From: Thermoplasmatota archaeon
Lineage (GTDB): Archaea; Thermoplasmatota; Penumbrarchaeia; Penumbrarchaeales; Penumbrarchaeaceae
Assembly: GCA_965234725.1 (NCBI GenBank)
Contig: CBDDUX010000060.1
Span: 1-59,756 of the forward strand
DNA: 59,756 nucleotides
Reading direction: 5' to 3'
Below the pieces are notes generated by a model. It was given only the letters and a program-made list of their open reading frames with translations, made no database searches and was not told the origin of the DNA. Positions 9,009 to 18,517 of the stretch are shown piece by piece; position 1 is the stretch's first letter, and each line of letters opens with the position of its first letter. The position numbers and the translations under genes were made by a program.

Positions 9009-11698
9009 GTGTGGTAGATTTGCTTTCGGAAAAGGAGATGAAACGTAAGGTCAAGGAAGAAGCCTCATCCGATCCTGACAGGTTCTTTCCGACCGAGGTC
9101 ATGAGGGGAATAGGTCTGGATCGGAGGTCATGCCCCACATGCGGCAACTTCTACTGGTCGGCCGATCCTGAACGAACGGTCTGTGGAGAGCCTACATGTG
9201 AAGGTGGTTATTCGTTCATTGGAATGAATAACTGTACACACAAAATGGATTTCATCGAGGTTTGGAAGAGATTCTCTGATCTCTTTGAAAGGAGAGGTTA
9301 CACACCTATCAAGAGGTATCCCTCCATATCAAGATGGAATCCCACATCCGAATTCACTCTGGCATCCATCACCGATTTCCAGCCTTATGTTGTAAGAGGG
9401 TCTGTAAAACCTCCGGCCAACCCGCTGGTGGTCCCCCAGACATGCTTGAGGTTCAACGATGTAGACAATGTCGGAATAACAGGCAGGCATAACACTGGAT
9501 TCATAATGATCGGACAGCACGCATTCGTTCCCCAGGAAGATTTCGATCAACCAAAATATTTCGAGGACATCCATGCTTGGCTTATCGATGGAATGGGCAT
9601 ACCACTCAAGGATATTGTCTACCATGAGGATGCCTGGGCAGGCGGTGGGAACTTCGGATGCTCATTGGAGTTCTTCTCAAAAGGTCTGGAGATCGGCAAT
9701 CAGGTTTACACCATGTATGAGAGAGAAGGGGACAACCTAAAAGGATTGGAAATAAGTGTCTTAGATATGGGTATGGGTCAGGAGAGACCAGCCTGGTTCT
9801 CCCACGGCACACCCACGGCATACGAACCGAACTTCCCAACGGTGATGGAGAAACTTTTCGGGATCGCAGGAATGAAAGCAGAAGGTGAGGATAAGGAGAT
9901 CCTCAAGAGCTTCCTTCCCTATTCCGGCCTTTTAAACATGGATGAAACAGATGATATCAATAAAGTTTGGAAAGATATATCCTCAAAGGTGGGGATCGAG
10001 GTCAAGGTACTCAAGAATTCTGTGATGAGATATGCTGGCCTCTACTCCATAGCCGATCATTCAAGAGCACTCCTTTTTGCACTCACAGATGGGGGCCTTC
10101 CTTCCAATTCCGGAGGAGGATACAATCTCAGAATGATATACAGAAGGGCAATGGAGTTCATCCAGAGATATGGATGGGACCTGGATATGGCAGAGGTATC
10201 CAACTGGCATTCTCTCTATTTGAAGCCACAGTTCCCGGAGATGCTGGAGGCCATTGGAGAAGTCAGTGAGATACTGGACCATGAGAAGGGCAAGTACTTC
10301 GCAACAAAGGATAAGGCCCTATCAACTGTGGAACGTCTGGTCAAGAAACAGGAAAAGGGACACTCTGTCACCGAGAGGGACCTTCTGACCCTCTATGATT
10401 CTCAGGGGATAACACCCGATCTTTTGGTTTCCAACGGGTTGAACATGGAGGTCCCTCCGGATTTCTATAGGAAGGTATCTGAACTTCACGAAGGGTCCGA
10501 ATCGCAGGCAAAGACCCACAAAGAATATGAGATCCCATTTGGTCAACATCCAGCTACCGAGGTCTTATATTATGATAATTACCTGGACCTCGATTTCGAA
10601 GGAAATGTGCTTGAGATGATCGATGATAATATTATACTTGATCGAACTGGCTTCTACCCCACATCCGGGGGACAGCTCCATGACATTGGACATTTCGGAG
10701 GTCCTTCGGACCTTGAGGTTATTGATGTCTTCAAACAGGACCATTTGATAGTCCATAAGGTCAAAGGGGACACCTCAGACATTGAACCTGGCCTTGTCCT
10801 TAGAGGCCACATCAACGAGGAGCGTCGAAGGCAACTTGCACAGCATCATACCACCACCCATATCATCAATGGGGTGGCCAGGAAGACCCTGGGAGATCAT
10901 ATATGGCAGGCTGGTGCGGAGAAGACGGAAGAGAAGGGCAGGTTGGATATTACCCATTACGAGACCCTTGACAGGGATCAGCTTGAAGCACTTGAAATGG
11001 GTGCCAACGAGATCATCCAAAGTGAGATTGAGGTAAGGTCCATGATACTTCCCAGGGATGAAGCTGAGAAGAGATATGGTTTCAGATTGTACCAAGGGGG
11101 TGCTGTTCCAGGGGAGAGATTGAGGATAGTCTCCATCGAGGGGCTTGATACAGAGGCCTGCGGCGGAACCCACCTCAAGAACACATCCGAGGCCAGGAGG
11201 ATCACCATCACCGGGACCAAGAAGATCCAAGATGGAATCGTAAGATTGGAATATGTTGCTGGTAGAAGGGCGAAGGAGATGTATGAAGGTGATCTGAAAG
11301 ACCTTGGAGCTGTTATGTGGATGATGGGCATTGAGGATCCGGAAATGCTTCAGGGTAGGTCCGAGGATTTGTTCGAAGTATGGAAGAAGGTCAGGAAGTT
11401 CAACTCAAAGGTCAGGAATATGGATCAGGAAACAAGAAGGATATCCATTGATCAATTGGCCGAATCCATAAGCAGTTCGGAGGCAATTGATTCTTTAAGG
11501 AGTTGGTCCAGACTGGGATCACCTGGTATAGAAGCTGAACCTCCCATAGCTTTGGAGCTCAGGACCACCAGACCTCACGAATACCTTTCCAGGTCCTCTT
11601 CCGTGTTCAAAGTGCAGAGAACACAGCTTCGAAGGACTGTCGCCCGTTTTATGGAGGAACTTCTCTCCTGGATGGGTAATCTTGAAATAAGCATTTGA
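9005..11698 (+). CDS. alaS: Alanine--tRNA ligase (archaeal type)
   Basis: N-terminal Zn motif, ASITDFQP, QTCLRFND, DMGMGQER, IADHSR, editing motifs HHTTTH and EACGGTH. Confidence 0.97.
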   Translation: MSVVDLLSEKEMKRKVKEEASSDPDRFFPTEVMRGIGLDRRSCPTCGNFYWSADPERTVCGEPTCEGGYSFIGMNNCTHKMDFIEVWKRFSDLFERRGYTPIKRYPSISRWNPTSEFTLASITDFQPYVVRGSVKPPANPLVVPQTCLRFNDVDNVGITGRHNTGFIMIGQHAFVPQEDFDQPKYFEDIHAWLIDGMGIPLKDIVYHEDAWAGGGNFGCSLEFFSKGLEIGNQVYTMYEREGDNLKGLEISVLDMGMGQERPAWFSHGTPTAYEPNFPTVMEKLFGIAGMKAEGEDKEILKSFLPYSGLLNMDETDDINKVWKDISSKVGIEVKVLKNSVMRYAGLYSIADHSRALLFALTDGGLPSNSGGGYNLRMIYRRAMEFIQRYGWDLDMAEVSNWHSLYLKPQFPEMLEAIGEVSEILDHEKGKYFATKDKALSTVERLVKKQEKGHSVTERDLLTLYDSQGITPDLLVSNGLNMEVPPDFYRKVSELHEGSESQAKTHKEYEIPFGQHPATEVLYYDNYLDLDFEGNVLEMIDDNIILDRTGFYPTSGGQLHDIGHFGGPSDLEVIDVFKQDHLIVHKVKGDTSDIEPGLVLRGHINEERRRQLAQHHTTTHIINGVARKTLGDHIWQAGAEKTEEKGRLDITHYETLDRDQLEALEMGANEIIQSEIEVRSMILPRDEAEKRYGFRLYQGGAVPGERLRIVSIEGLDTEACGGTHLKNTSEARRITITGTKKIQDGIVRLEYVAGRRAKEMYEGDLKDLGAVMWMMGIEDPEMLQGRSEDLFEVWKKVRKFNSKVRNMDQETRRISIDQLAESISSSEAIDSLRSWSRLGSPGIEAEPPIALELRTTRPHEYLSRSSSVFKVQRTQLRRTVARFMEELLSWMGNLEISI

Positions 11699-11895
11699 AT
11701 AAGGCCAGATTATCACTTTTTTGAATAACATGAAAAGACTTTATTACCAGATACGTCGGTCTTTCCTTGCAGGATGTAGAACAGTTATCACTAAGTTCTA
11801 GCCTCAGGAAAGATTTTTCCCAGGCGTAATGGTGATCATCTGTATCGCATGCTCACCCCATGATAGATAGTTGAAGGAGTTTCGGAGGACACCAG

Positions 11896-12252
11896 ATGAC
11901 ATCGGTTTTAATAGTTGACGACGAACCTTTCATCCATCAGCTATACCGTGATATTCTGGAGTTCAACGGATTTGATGTTGTCGGAGAGGCCTTTGACGGG
12001 GATGAGGCGATCGAGGTCTACGAACAGATGGAGAACAAACCCGATGTTATCATAATGGACCATCGAATGCCAAATAAAGATGGAGTGGATACAACCATTC
12101 AGATAAAGAAGATGGATGACAATGTCACGATCATCTTCGCTTCGGCAGATTCCTCTGTTAGGACCAGGGCTATGGAGGCGGGGGCCAAGGAATTCCTCTG
12201 CAAGCCATTCCAGATCAAGGAACTGGTGGAATCTCTTAAAAAGTTCGTTTAA
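11896..12252 (+). CDS. Stand-alone response regulator receiver (CheY-like)
   Basis: LIVDDE, phospho-Asp in IMDHRMPNKDG, SA, KPF. SD GGAGG. Confidence 0.92.
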   Translation: MTSVLIVDDEPFIHQLYRDILEFNGFDVVGEAFDGDEAIEVYEQMENKPDVIIMDHRMPNKDGVDTTIQIKKMDDNVTIIFASADSSVRTRAMEAGAKEFLCKPFQIKELVESLKKFV

Positions 12253-12290
12253 AGAGAATTCAACCCTTTAGTTCTATTCCATTTATTAAG

Positions 12291-12306
12291 AAAACTACTT
12301 ATATAT
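12291..12306 (+). promoter_or_regulatory. BRE/TATA promoter of the RNase P RNA gene
   Basis: AAAACTACTTATATAT about 22 nt before the P1 helix. Confidence 0.7.
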
Positions 12307-12327
12307 GGTTTCACCGTCGCAACTTTC

Positions 12328-12656
12328 GGTCGGGAGATGGTGGACGGCCGACGGTGGTCCTTGATGACCGCTGAGGAAAGTCCTCCCTCCTCAAGACACT
12401 GGAGCCCGGTGCAAGCCGGGGGCGTGAGAACGTCGGCAATGGAGCAGGAACGATCCTCCATGCATTATGGGATGAAGGACCAGGTCCGGACGTCTGCATG
12501 GCAAGGGTGAAACGGCCACCCCTCCGGGGAGCAAGCCCAAATGTCCGAATTGACCCGTCTTGGGATCGGAAGGTAGGGTGCGAAGGTAAATGCCGTCATT
12601 CCCGCCAGTTAAATCGACGGGACCAACAGAAGGAGGCTTACGGCCATTACCCGACC
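12328..12656 (+). ncRNA. rnpB: Archaeal RNase P RNA (probably type A)
   Basis: CR-I GAGGAAAGTCC, GGTGAAACGG, GAGCAAG, CR-V AACAGAAGGAGGCTTA. The terminal helix GGTCGGG.../...CCCGACC pairs, and P8/P9-like hairpins are present. Confidence 0.93.
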
Positions 12657-12784
12657 TTATTTCATCTTCATATCATCCAATATATCATTCATTGCAATCT
12701 CCTCTTCAACGAATATTTAATTATAATGTGATACTACCTTGGCGATCGGTGACCTTAAAGTCACCTTATTGGAAGGTTATCTGC

Positions 12785-13246
12785 ATGACGAACGAAGGAA
12801 ACGGGAATAACTCCAGGGAACTGGAGATGGGACTTTCCCAGATGGAACAGATCAAAGCACAGGTAGAATCACTCAGGTCACAGACGGCCTCCCTTCAATC
12901 GATCCTTATGGATTATACCAACTCAATGGAAGTAATCGTGAGTTTGATGGAAGAGAGTGAAGAAGAGGTCCTGATGCCTATTGGGGGTTCCGCTTTCCTG
13001 AAGGTCAAGCTAATGGATAAAGAAAAGTGCTTGATGGACCGCGGAGCAGGTATATTTGTGGATACTCCCTTGGAAGAGGCAAAGTTACTCGTAAACGAGA
13101 GAATGATGGCAATCAGGAACGGGATCTCCAGGATAGACAAGACCGCACAAGAACTCATGGAACGTTATGAGGAGGTCTCAAACCATGCCCAGGAGATCTA
13201 CAACAAGCAGATGATGGCGGGTGCCGGTCCGGAAAAGACCTTCTGA
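12785..13246 (+). CDS. pfdA: Prefoldin subunit alpha
   Basis: Coiled coils flanking EVLMPIGGSAFLK...GAGIFVD. Directly upstream of ftsY, a conserved archaeal gene order. Start set at MTNEG. Confidence 0.9.
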   Translation: MTNEGNGNNSRELEMGLSQMEQIKAQVESLRSQTASLQSILMDYTNSMEVIVSLMEESEEEVLMPIGGSAFLKVKLMDKEKCLMDRGAGIFVDTPLEEAKLLVNERMMAIRNGISRIDKTAQELMERYEEVSNHAQEIYNKQMMAGAGPEKTF

Positions 13247-13264
13247 TATTTCTGGGGTGTATAA

Positions 13265-14416
13265 ATGTTCAAGAACCTTCGGGATAGGCTCAATATCTTC
13301 AAGAAGAAGGTAAAAGAGGAGATTGAAAAGGATGAACCCGAGGTAGTAAAAGAGCAAGAGAAAACACCCCATACCCAGAAGAAGGAATCCAAGTTCTTCA
13401 GGAAGGCAAAACAGAAGGAAGAAGAAAGGAGAAAGGAGCAGGACCGTGGACCAAGGGAGTCCGAGGATCGTGGCATCTCCCTGAAAAGATCAGTGGAGGC
13501 TTCGGGACTATCAGGTGATAGGGTCCTTAGAAGCGAGGAAGCGCTCTTTTCCGAATCAAAGGGGCTTTTTGCTAAGAAGATCTCAGAGAAAAGACTGGAA
13601 GAGATCTTGTTTGACCTTGAGATGGGTTTGATGGAATCTGATGTGGCCCAACCTGTCGTAGAAAGGATCAAGGAATACCTGATGGAAGAATTATCAGGTG
13701 CAAAGGTAGACAGAAAGACAGACCTTGAACAGTTGATCGAGGATGCATTAAAGAGATCAATTCAAAGGATCCTGGTCACTCAGACCTTCGATTTCAACAG
13801 ATTCCTAAAGGAAACTAAGAAGCCGATTGTGATCATGTTCGTTGGAGTTAACGGAACTGGAAAGACAACTGCGATAGGCAGAATGGCCTATATGTTGAAG
13901 AAGATGAACATCTCCTGTATCCTGGCAGCGGGTGACACGTTCAGGGCAGGAGCTATTGAGCAGCTTACTAAACATGCGGATAATCTGAACCTCAAGATAA
14001 TTAAGAACAAGGCTGGATCCGATCCGGCAGCCGTTGCCTATGACGCAGTTGAACATGCAAAGGCAAGAATGAAAGACGTTGTCCTTCTTGATACCGCTGG
14101 AAGGATGCAGACCAATATCAACCTCATGGATGAGATGAAGAAGATCAAGAGAGTGGCCAAACCCAACCTTATCCTGTTCGTTGGGGATTCCCTTGCGGGA
14201 AACGATGCGATCATTCAGGCACAGAAGTTCGATGAGGCTGTAGGTGTTGATGGGGCGATCCTTACAAAGATCGATGCTGATGCCAAAGGAGGTGCGGCAC
14301 TATCGATCGCTTACACCATCGGCAAACCGATCCTATTCATTGGAACAGGACAGGAATACGAAGACCTTATTCCATTCGATCCTACCTGGATGACGGAAAG
14401 ACTCTTCGAGGAGTGA
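13265..14416 (+). CDS. ftsY: Signal recognition particle receptor FtsY
   Basis: GVNGTGKTT, DTFRAGA, DTAGR, TKID..AKGG, GTGQ.Y.DL. Confidence 0.97.
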   Translation: MFKNLRDRLNIFKKKVKEEIEKDEPEVVKEQEKTPHTQKKESKFFRKAKQKEEERRKEQDRGPRESEDRGISLKRSVEASGLSGDRVLRSEEALFSESKGLFAKKISEKRLEEILFDLEMGLMESDVAQPVVERIKEYLMEELSGAKVDRKTDLEQLIEDALKRSIQRILVTQTFDFNRFLKETKKPIVIMFVGVNGTGKTTAIGRMAYMLKKMNISCILAAGDTFRAGAIEQLTKHADNLNLKIIKNKAGSDPAAVAYDAVEHAKARMKDVVLLDTAGRMQTNINLMDEMKKIKRVAKPNLILFVGDSLAGNDAIIQAQKFDEAVGVDGAILTKIDADAKGGAALSIAYTIGKPILFIGTGQEYEDLIPFDPTWMTERLFEE

Positions 14417-14419
14417 TAG

Positions 14420-15010
14420 ATGTCTTCACTTGCTGAAACATTGATGGAGGGCCTTGTCGGTCTCCCCTGGTGGGGGAAATGGCTATCGACGATTTTCATT
14501 GCAATGCTTCCAATAATCGAGCTTCGAGGGGCCCTTCCCGCAGCGATGAATGTATTCAAATTGAGATGGGGAGTGGCCATCCTCCTTTCCATCCTAGGAA
14601 ACATGATCCCGATCCCGTTTCTGATGCTTTTCTTTGGGTATGTTGAAAGGTTCTTGAGACGATGGAGGATCTTCGATGTATTCTTTGATAGACTTTTTGA
14701 GTCCACAAGAAGGAAAGGGGAGAGAAAATTACAGGTGTGGGGAGAGATCGGCCTGATCCTTTTCGTTGCGGTACCTTTCCCGATAACCGGGGCCTGGACA
14801 GGAACGCTCGTTGCCTATCTCCTGAAATTGAACAAGTTCAAGGCCTTCCTTTCCATCCTTGTAGGTGTTATCATCGCAGGATTCATTATGACAGTGGTCA
14901 GCCTGGTCCATTGGGTATGGGGTGTTATCATCATCCTCTGCCTTGGAGGGGTCCTGGTCCTGGTATGGAAGCTGGAAGAGATAATACTGTCAAGGAATAC
15001 TTCCGGTTGA
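14420..15010 (+). CDS. Putative small multidrug export protein (COG2426-like membrane protein)
   Basis: P..ELRGALP and FVAVPFPITGAWTG signatures; hydrophobic. Confidence 0.85.
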   Translation: MSSLAETLMEGLVGLPWWGKWLSTIFIAMLPIIELRGALPAAMNVFKLRWGVAILLSILGNMIPIPFLMLFFGYVERFLRRWRIFDVFFDRLFESTRRKGERKLQVWGEIGLILFVAVPFPITGAWTGTLVAYLLKLNKFKAFLSILVGVIIAGFIMTVVSLVHWVWGVIIILCLGGVLVLVWKLEEIILSRNTSG

Positions 15011-15154
15011 ACATCACACTAAGTGTGATGCGTTGGAAAATGGTGGATTTCTTTTTCAGAACATAAGAAATTGTTTTTATATTCCGCCATAGGTATTTGA
15101 TCGCTTCTCTCCCGTTCGGAGGAGCATACCACAAGAAAGAACGGAGGTTTCGAA

Positions 15155-15775
15155 ATGACCGTTAGGACAATTGGAGACGAAGAGCTCCTTGATTATGTGC
15201 TTGAGAAGGATTTTGAAGATACAGCCTCCCGGGTGATACTGTTCGCAGCATCCGGATTCGAGGAGGGTGTAGGAAGGGTTAAGCTCACTAAGCTGCTCAG
15301 GGGAAAGGATCCCGGAATCATCCTTTCGGGAGGATTTGATCTCCTGGACCATTTTGGCCGATTATCCCTCCTTGATGGAGACCAGGTGCTGGATTTCATC
15401 GAATCACTGATCCGGTTGGGTCTTCTGGAAGTATCAGGGCCCGATTTTCCCAAATTGAAAGTTACCAGATCCGGAATGAAAGCTCTGAAAAGCGAAAAGG
15501 AGATCAACGCAATGATACCCTGGCCTCTTCCAGGAAAAGACCTTCCCCTTCCTATGGACCCTGAGCTATATGAGGATCTCAAGAAGGAGAGGAATCGAAT
15601 AGCAAAGGAAGAAGGTCTTCCCCCATATTGCATAGCCCCGAATCTATCGCTTGTTGAAATCGTGAACAAGGGAGTGACCGATACCAGTGAGCTGATCTCC
15701 ATCCATGGTATTGGCGAGGCTCGGTCGGAGAAGTATGGTGATAGACTTCTTTCCTTGGTCCAGTCCATGGGATGA
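15155..15775 (+). CDS. Stand-alone RQC (winged helix) + HRDC domain protein
   Basis: GRVKLTKLLRG...FGRL resembles RQC. LYEDLKKERNRIAKEEGLPPYCI...IHGIGEARSEKYG is HRDC. Confidence 0.85.
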   Translation: MTVRTIGDEELLDYVLEKDFEDTASRVILFAASGFEEGVGRVKLTKLLRGKDPGIILSGGFDLLDHFGRLSLLDGDQVLDFIESLIRLGLLEVSGPDFPKLKVTRSGMKALKSEKEINAMIPWPLPGKDLPLPMDPELYEDLKKERNRIAKEEGLPPYCIAPNLSLVEIVNKGVTDTSELISIHGIGEARSEKYGDRLLSLVQSMG

Positions 15776-15862
15776 GCACAAAATAAGGAGGTGCCTCTTG
15801 CACATGTGTAAACTACTTTTAATATATCCATTATGGATGAAGTAGTGTAATTCCATCCACCC

Positions 15863-15930
15863 GTGGTAGTCGCAAAAAACTCATCACCTGACGATATAAG
15901 ACTGCCACTAGGGGGGCCACAGGCCCCCCT
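15863..15930 (+). ncRNA. Candidate small structured RNA (two hairpins)
   Basis: Upstream AAACTACTTTTAATATAT promoter. Stem GTGGTAGTC/GACTGCCAC (G.U on the + strand), then AGGGGGGCC-ACA-GGCCCCCCT, then a pyrimidine tract. Confidence 0.45.
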
Positions 15931-15944
15931 CCATTTCTCTACTT

Positions 15945-17144
15945 TTATACTCCGAAGGCCATTCTGATCAGGTCACGGGTCCCCGGGGCGAAACCGAGGA
16001 TAAGAATAGTCAACTTTACCAGGGCCATTAGGTGTGGGCTCTCCTTTGATTCCTTCTCCATTCCAATATCCATTATGTAAAGTGCAGGGATCAGGAACAC
16101 CAGTTTCAGAGGGTACATCACTGCAGCAGTTCCGAAGGTATCCATTAGGGTTGAGGGGAGAACATGCTTCTCGACATATCCGAACCTGTCAATACCGATG
16201 AATGTGGCGGATGCATCAAGCATATGTCCTGCCACTATCAGGATATTGATACCTGAAGCTATCTTCTTCCATTTTGGGTACTTACGAGATACTAACATGA
16301 TCCCTCCCCAGATAAGGACCGTTGAAAAGATCATGAGTCCGATGACAAGGAGACCACCCAAAAGGGCAGTATCCGGTTCATTACCTGTTATGGAGATGAA
16401 ATGGTCATACCATTCACCTCTCAGCATCCACATTATGTAGAGGTAGATCACTATTAGTAGAACCTCTGTCCAGAATGCCCCGACCCCCCCCTCCCATTTT
16501 GTTGAAGTTCTGAACCTTGTATAACCATAGGATATAGCAAGGGTTCCAAGGGCTATAGGCCACCACGGGATGGTTTGATTGAACTGTCCGGGGAATATCA
16601 TAAGAACAGAGATCATGAAAAGTCCAGGCAGGGAAAGAAGAAGGGATGTACCTCTATCGAACCACTTGCCTCCCTTTCTGAACAGATATTCAAGTCTATG
16701 AAAAAGCAGTATAGTTGCAAGGGTGCAGATCCCAAGGAAGATGTAGATAATGGGGGAGATGAATAGATATTGAAGAGGTTCATTGAACAGCTCCATATCC
16801 TCCAGAACCCTAGCTGATGGGCCAATTATCAGTATGGGGGACATGGCAAGGTAGAATCTGATACCCACCCTGAGGTCCAAATAGACGAAAAGACGGTGGA
16901 TGTAATATGCGGATATGGCGAGTACAAGACCGTAGGTCAGTGTATCCACCCAGTTGTATGATGAGGTCAACCCTCCAGAATTCCCTCCGGCATCAGCGAC
17001 TATGGGTCCCCAATAGAACTTCCATACGAAACCATCCCAGAAAATATCCTTGAATGTTATGCATCCAATGGTGATGACCATCACTGCAAATAGAAGCAGG
17101 AGAGGGACCGCCATCTCCACCTTCTTTCTCGCATCCACGTCCAA
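15945..17144 (-). CDS. DUF63 family multi-pass membrane protein
   Basis: YWGPIVAD, YNWVDTLTYG, RVLED, HMLDASATFIG, Y.EKH, LGFAPGTRD. Confidence 0.85.
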   Translation of the reverse strand: MDVDARKKVEMAVPLLLLFAVMVITIGCITFKDIFWDGFVWKFYWGPIVADAGGNSGGLTSSYNWVDTLTYGLVLAISAYYIHRLFVYLDLRVGIRFYLAMSPILIIGPSARVLEDMELFNEPLQYLFISPIIYIFLGICTLATILLFHRLEYLFRKGGKWFDRGTSLLLSLPGLFMISVLMIFPGQFNQTIPWWPIALGTLAISYGYTRFRTSTKWEGGVGAFWTEVLLIVIYLYIMWMLRGEWYDHFISITGNEPDTALLGGLLVIGLMIFSTVLIWGGIMLVSRKYPKWKKIASGINILIVAGHMLDASATFIGIDRFGYVEKHVLPSTLMDTFGTAAVMYPLKLVFLIPALYIMDIGMEKESKESPHLMALVKLTILILGFAPGTRDLIRMAFGV

Positions 17145-17310
17145 CCTTATCGGAACATGGTTTAAAATCCCTGCGTATCATCCAGCACAAAACATACCAT
17201 TGTATGCATGTAAATCCGCCAGGTGGGAATTCCCCCGATATCTTAATTAAACAGAACCACGATTGAACAGTGCCTTAAAGGACAGTAAACAGAAAAGAGG
17301 GTGGGATCCG

Positions 17311-18027
17311 ATGTTCCAGAATACGGTAAAGGGGCTCGACAAGATATTCAGGACTAACAATTACGAGAAGATGGTGATCATGATCTCAGGTTACACTGGA
17401 ACCCTGAAATCGACATTCACCTATTCACTGATGTCAAAGTACCTGGAGAACAACCCGGATCAGATCGGACTTTATGCCACGATAGAAGAGTCTAAGGAAT
17501 CCCTCCTTAGGAACCTTAAATCCGTTGGCATCAAGGCTAATGAAAGGATATTCATCGCTGATTATAACAGGACCAGGGAGATGTATCGTGAGGAATCCGA
17601 GAACACCGATTTCCTGGAGCTGACAGAGAAGTTGATAATGTCCACGAAGGAGGAGAGGGGAGAGGCCTTTACGGTATTCGCTCTTGACTCCCTCAATGCC
17701 CTCTACACACTTACGAAGATGGATAATGATTATCTCATAAGGAAGAGAATGTACTATTTCTACAAGCTTTTAAGGGATGCAGGGCTCACTTCCCTTATCC
17801 TCAAGGAGCTTCCCAGAGAGAACAACTATATGATGAGGGAGGATGAGAACTTCCTTGCAGATGGTGTCATCGAACTGGGAATCAGAAGGACCCTTGAAGG
17901 AAAGAAGAGATATGTCGAGGTCCTCAAGATGAGGCAGAACCAGCATTCCATGAAACAATATATCATCGATATCGACAAGGACGGTCTATCTATCATTGGA
18001 CCCTCTGTGGATGATATGGGATATTGA
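17311..18027 (+). CDS. KaiC/RAD55-like RecA-superfamily ATPase
   Basis: Walker A variant GYTGTLKST, TIEES, Walker B LDSLNA, FLADGVIEL, KMR. SD GAGGGTG before ATG 17311. Confidence 0.85.
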   Translation: MFQNTVKGLDKIFRTNNYEKMVIMISGYTGTLKSTFTYSLMSKYLENNPDQIGLYATIEESKESLLRNLKSVGIKANERIFIADYNRTREMYREESENTDFLELTEKLIMSTKEERGEAFTVFALDSLNALYTLTKMDNDYLIRKRMYYFYKLLRDAGLTSLILKELPRENNYMMREDENFLADGVIELGIRRTLEGKKRYVEVLKMRQNQHSMKQYIIDIDKDGLSIIGPSVDDMGY

Positions 18028-18243
18028 TTAGATAACCTTGTAACTTCATCTCGTCGATAATATATTGTATCTGAAGTTCAAGACCCAGCAGCAATGGACC
18101 GTCAATGAAACATTACCATTGTGCGGGCCTTGAAATTTTATTTCGATCATTATAGGATCAGCAATTTCAAGGTATGGGATATTGATTAGATAACCTTGTA
18201 ACTTCATCTCGTCAATTATAAGGTACAACGGAAGTTCAAGACC
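18015..18243. repeat. 41-bp perfect direct repeat (18015-18055 / 18173-18213), each copy followed by 17 variable nt and GAAGTTCAAGACC
   Basis: TATGGGATATTGATTAGATAACCTTGTAACTTCATCTCGTC occurs twice with a period of 158 bp. Confidence 0.9.
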
Positions 18244-18517
18244 ATTGTAAAATCATCGCAGAAAACAGCCTTTGGCTTCGGTTTTCTGCTGAGGTATGAA
18301 AATAAAAATGATCTGATATTGCTGTGATTTTCAGACCAACAGACTTCGCCTTCGGTTTTTTACTGTCCTTCGCATCACAGTTGCGAAGACCCAGCAGCAA
18401 TGACAGTATCTGATCCTTTTAGAATTGCTATGCTTTCTTCTCTATGAAAAACATCGAGGAATATTATCATTACAGAAAGAAACAATGATTAAATATGCTC
18501 TTCAAAGATATCTTATC

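Noticed and set aside
12249..12784. ORFs over rnpB and the 65-aa N-terminal extension of pfdA
   Set aside because: They overlap RNase P RNA; the pfdA start at 12785 fits prefoldin size and a TATA box ~26 nt upstream.
15863..15930. C/D or H/ACA guide RNA
   Set aside because: GTGATGA on the minus strand has no downstream CTGA, and no ACA box follows the first stem.
18015..18243. CRISPR array or canonical integron attC array
   Set aside because: Only two copies with 117 bp between them; no cas or intI genes, no cassette ORF, and the hairpins are shorter than attC.
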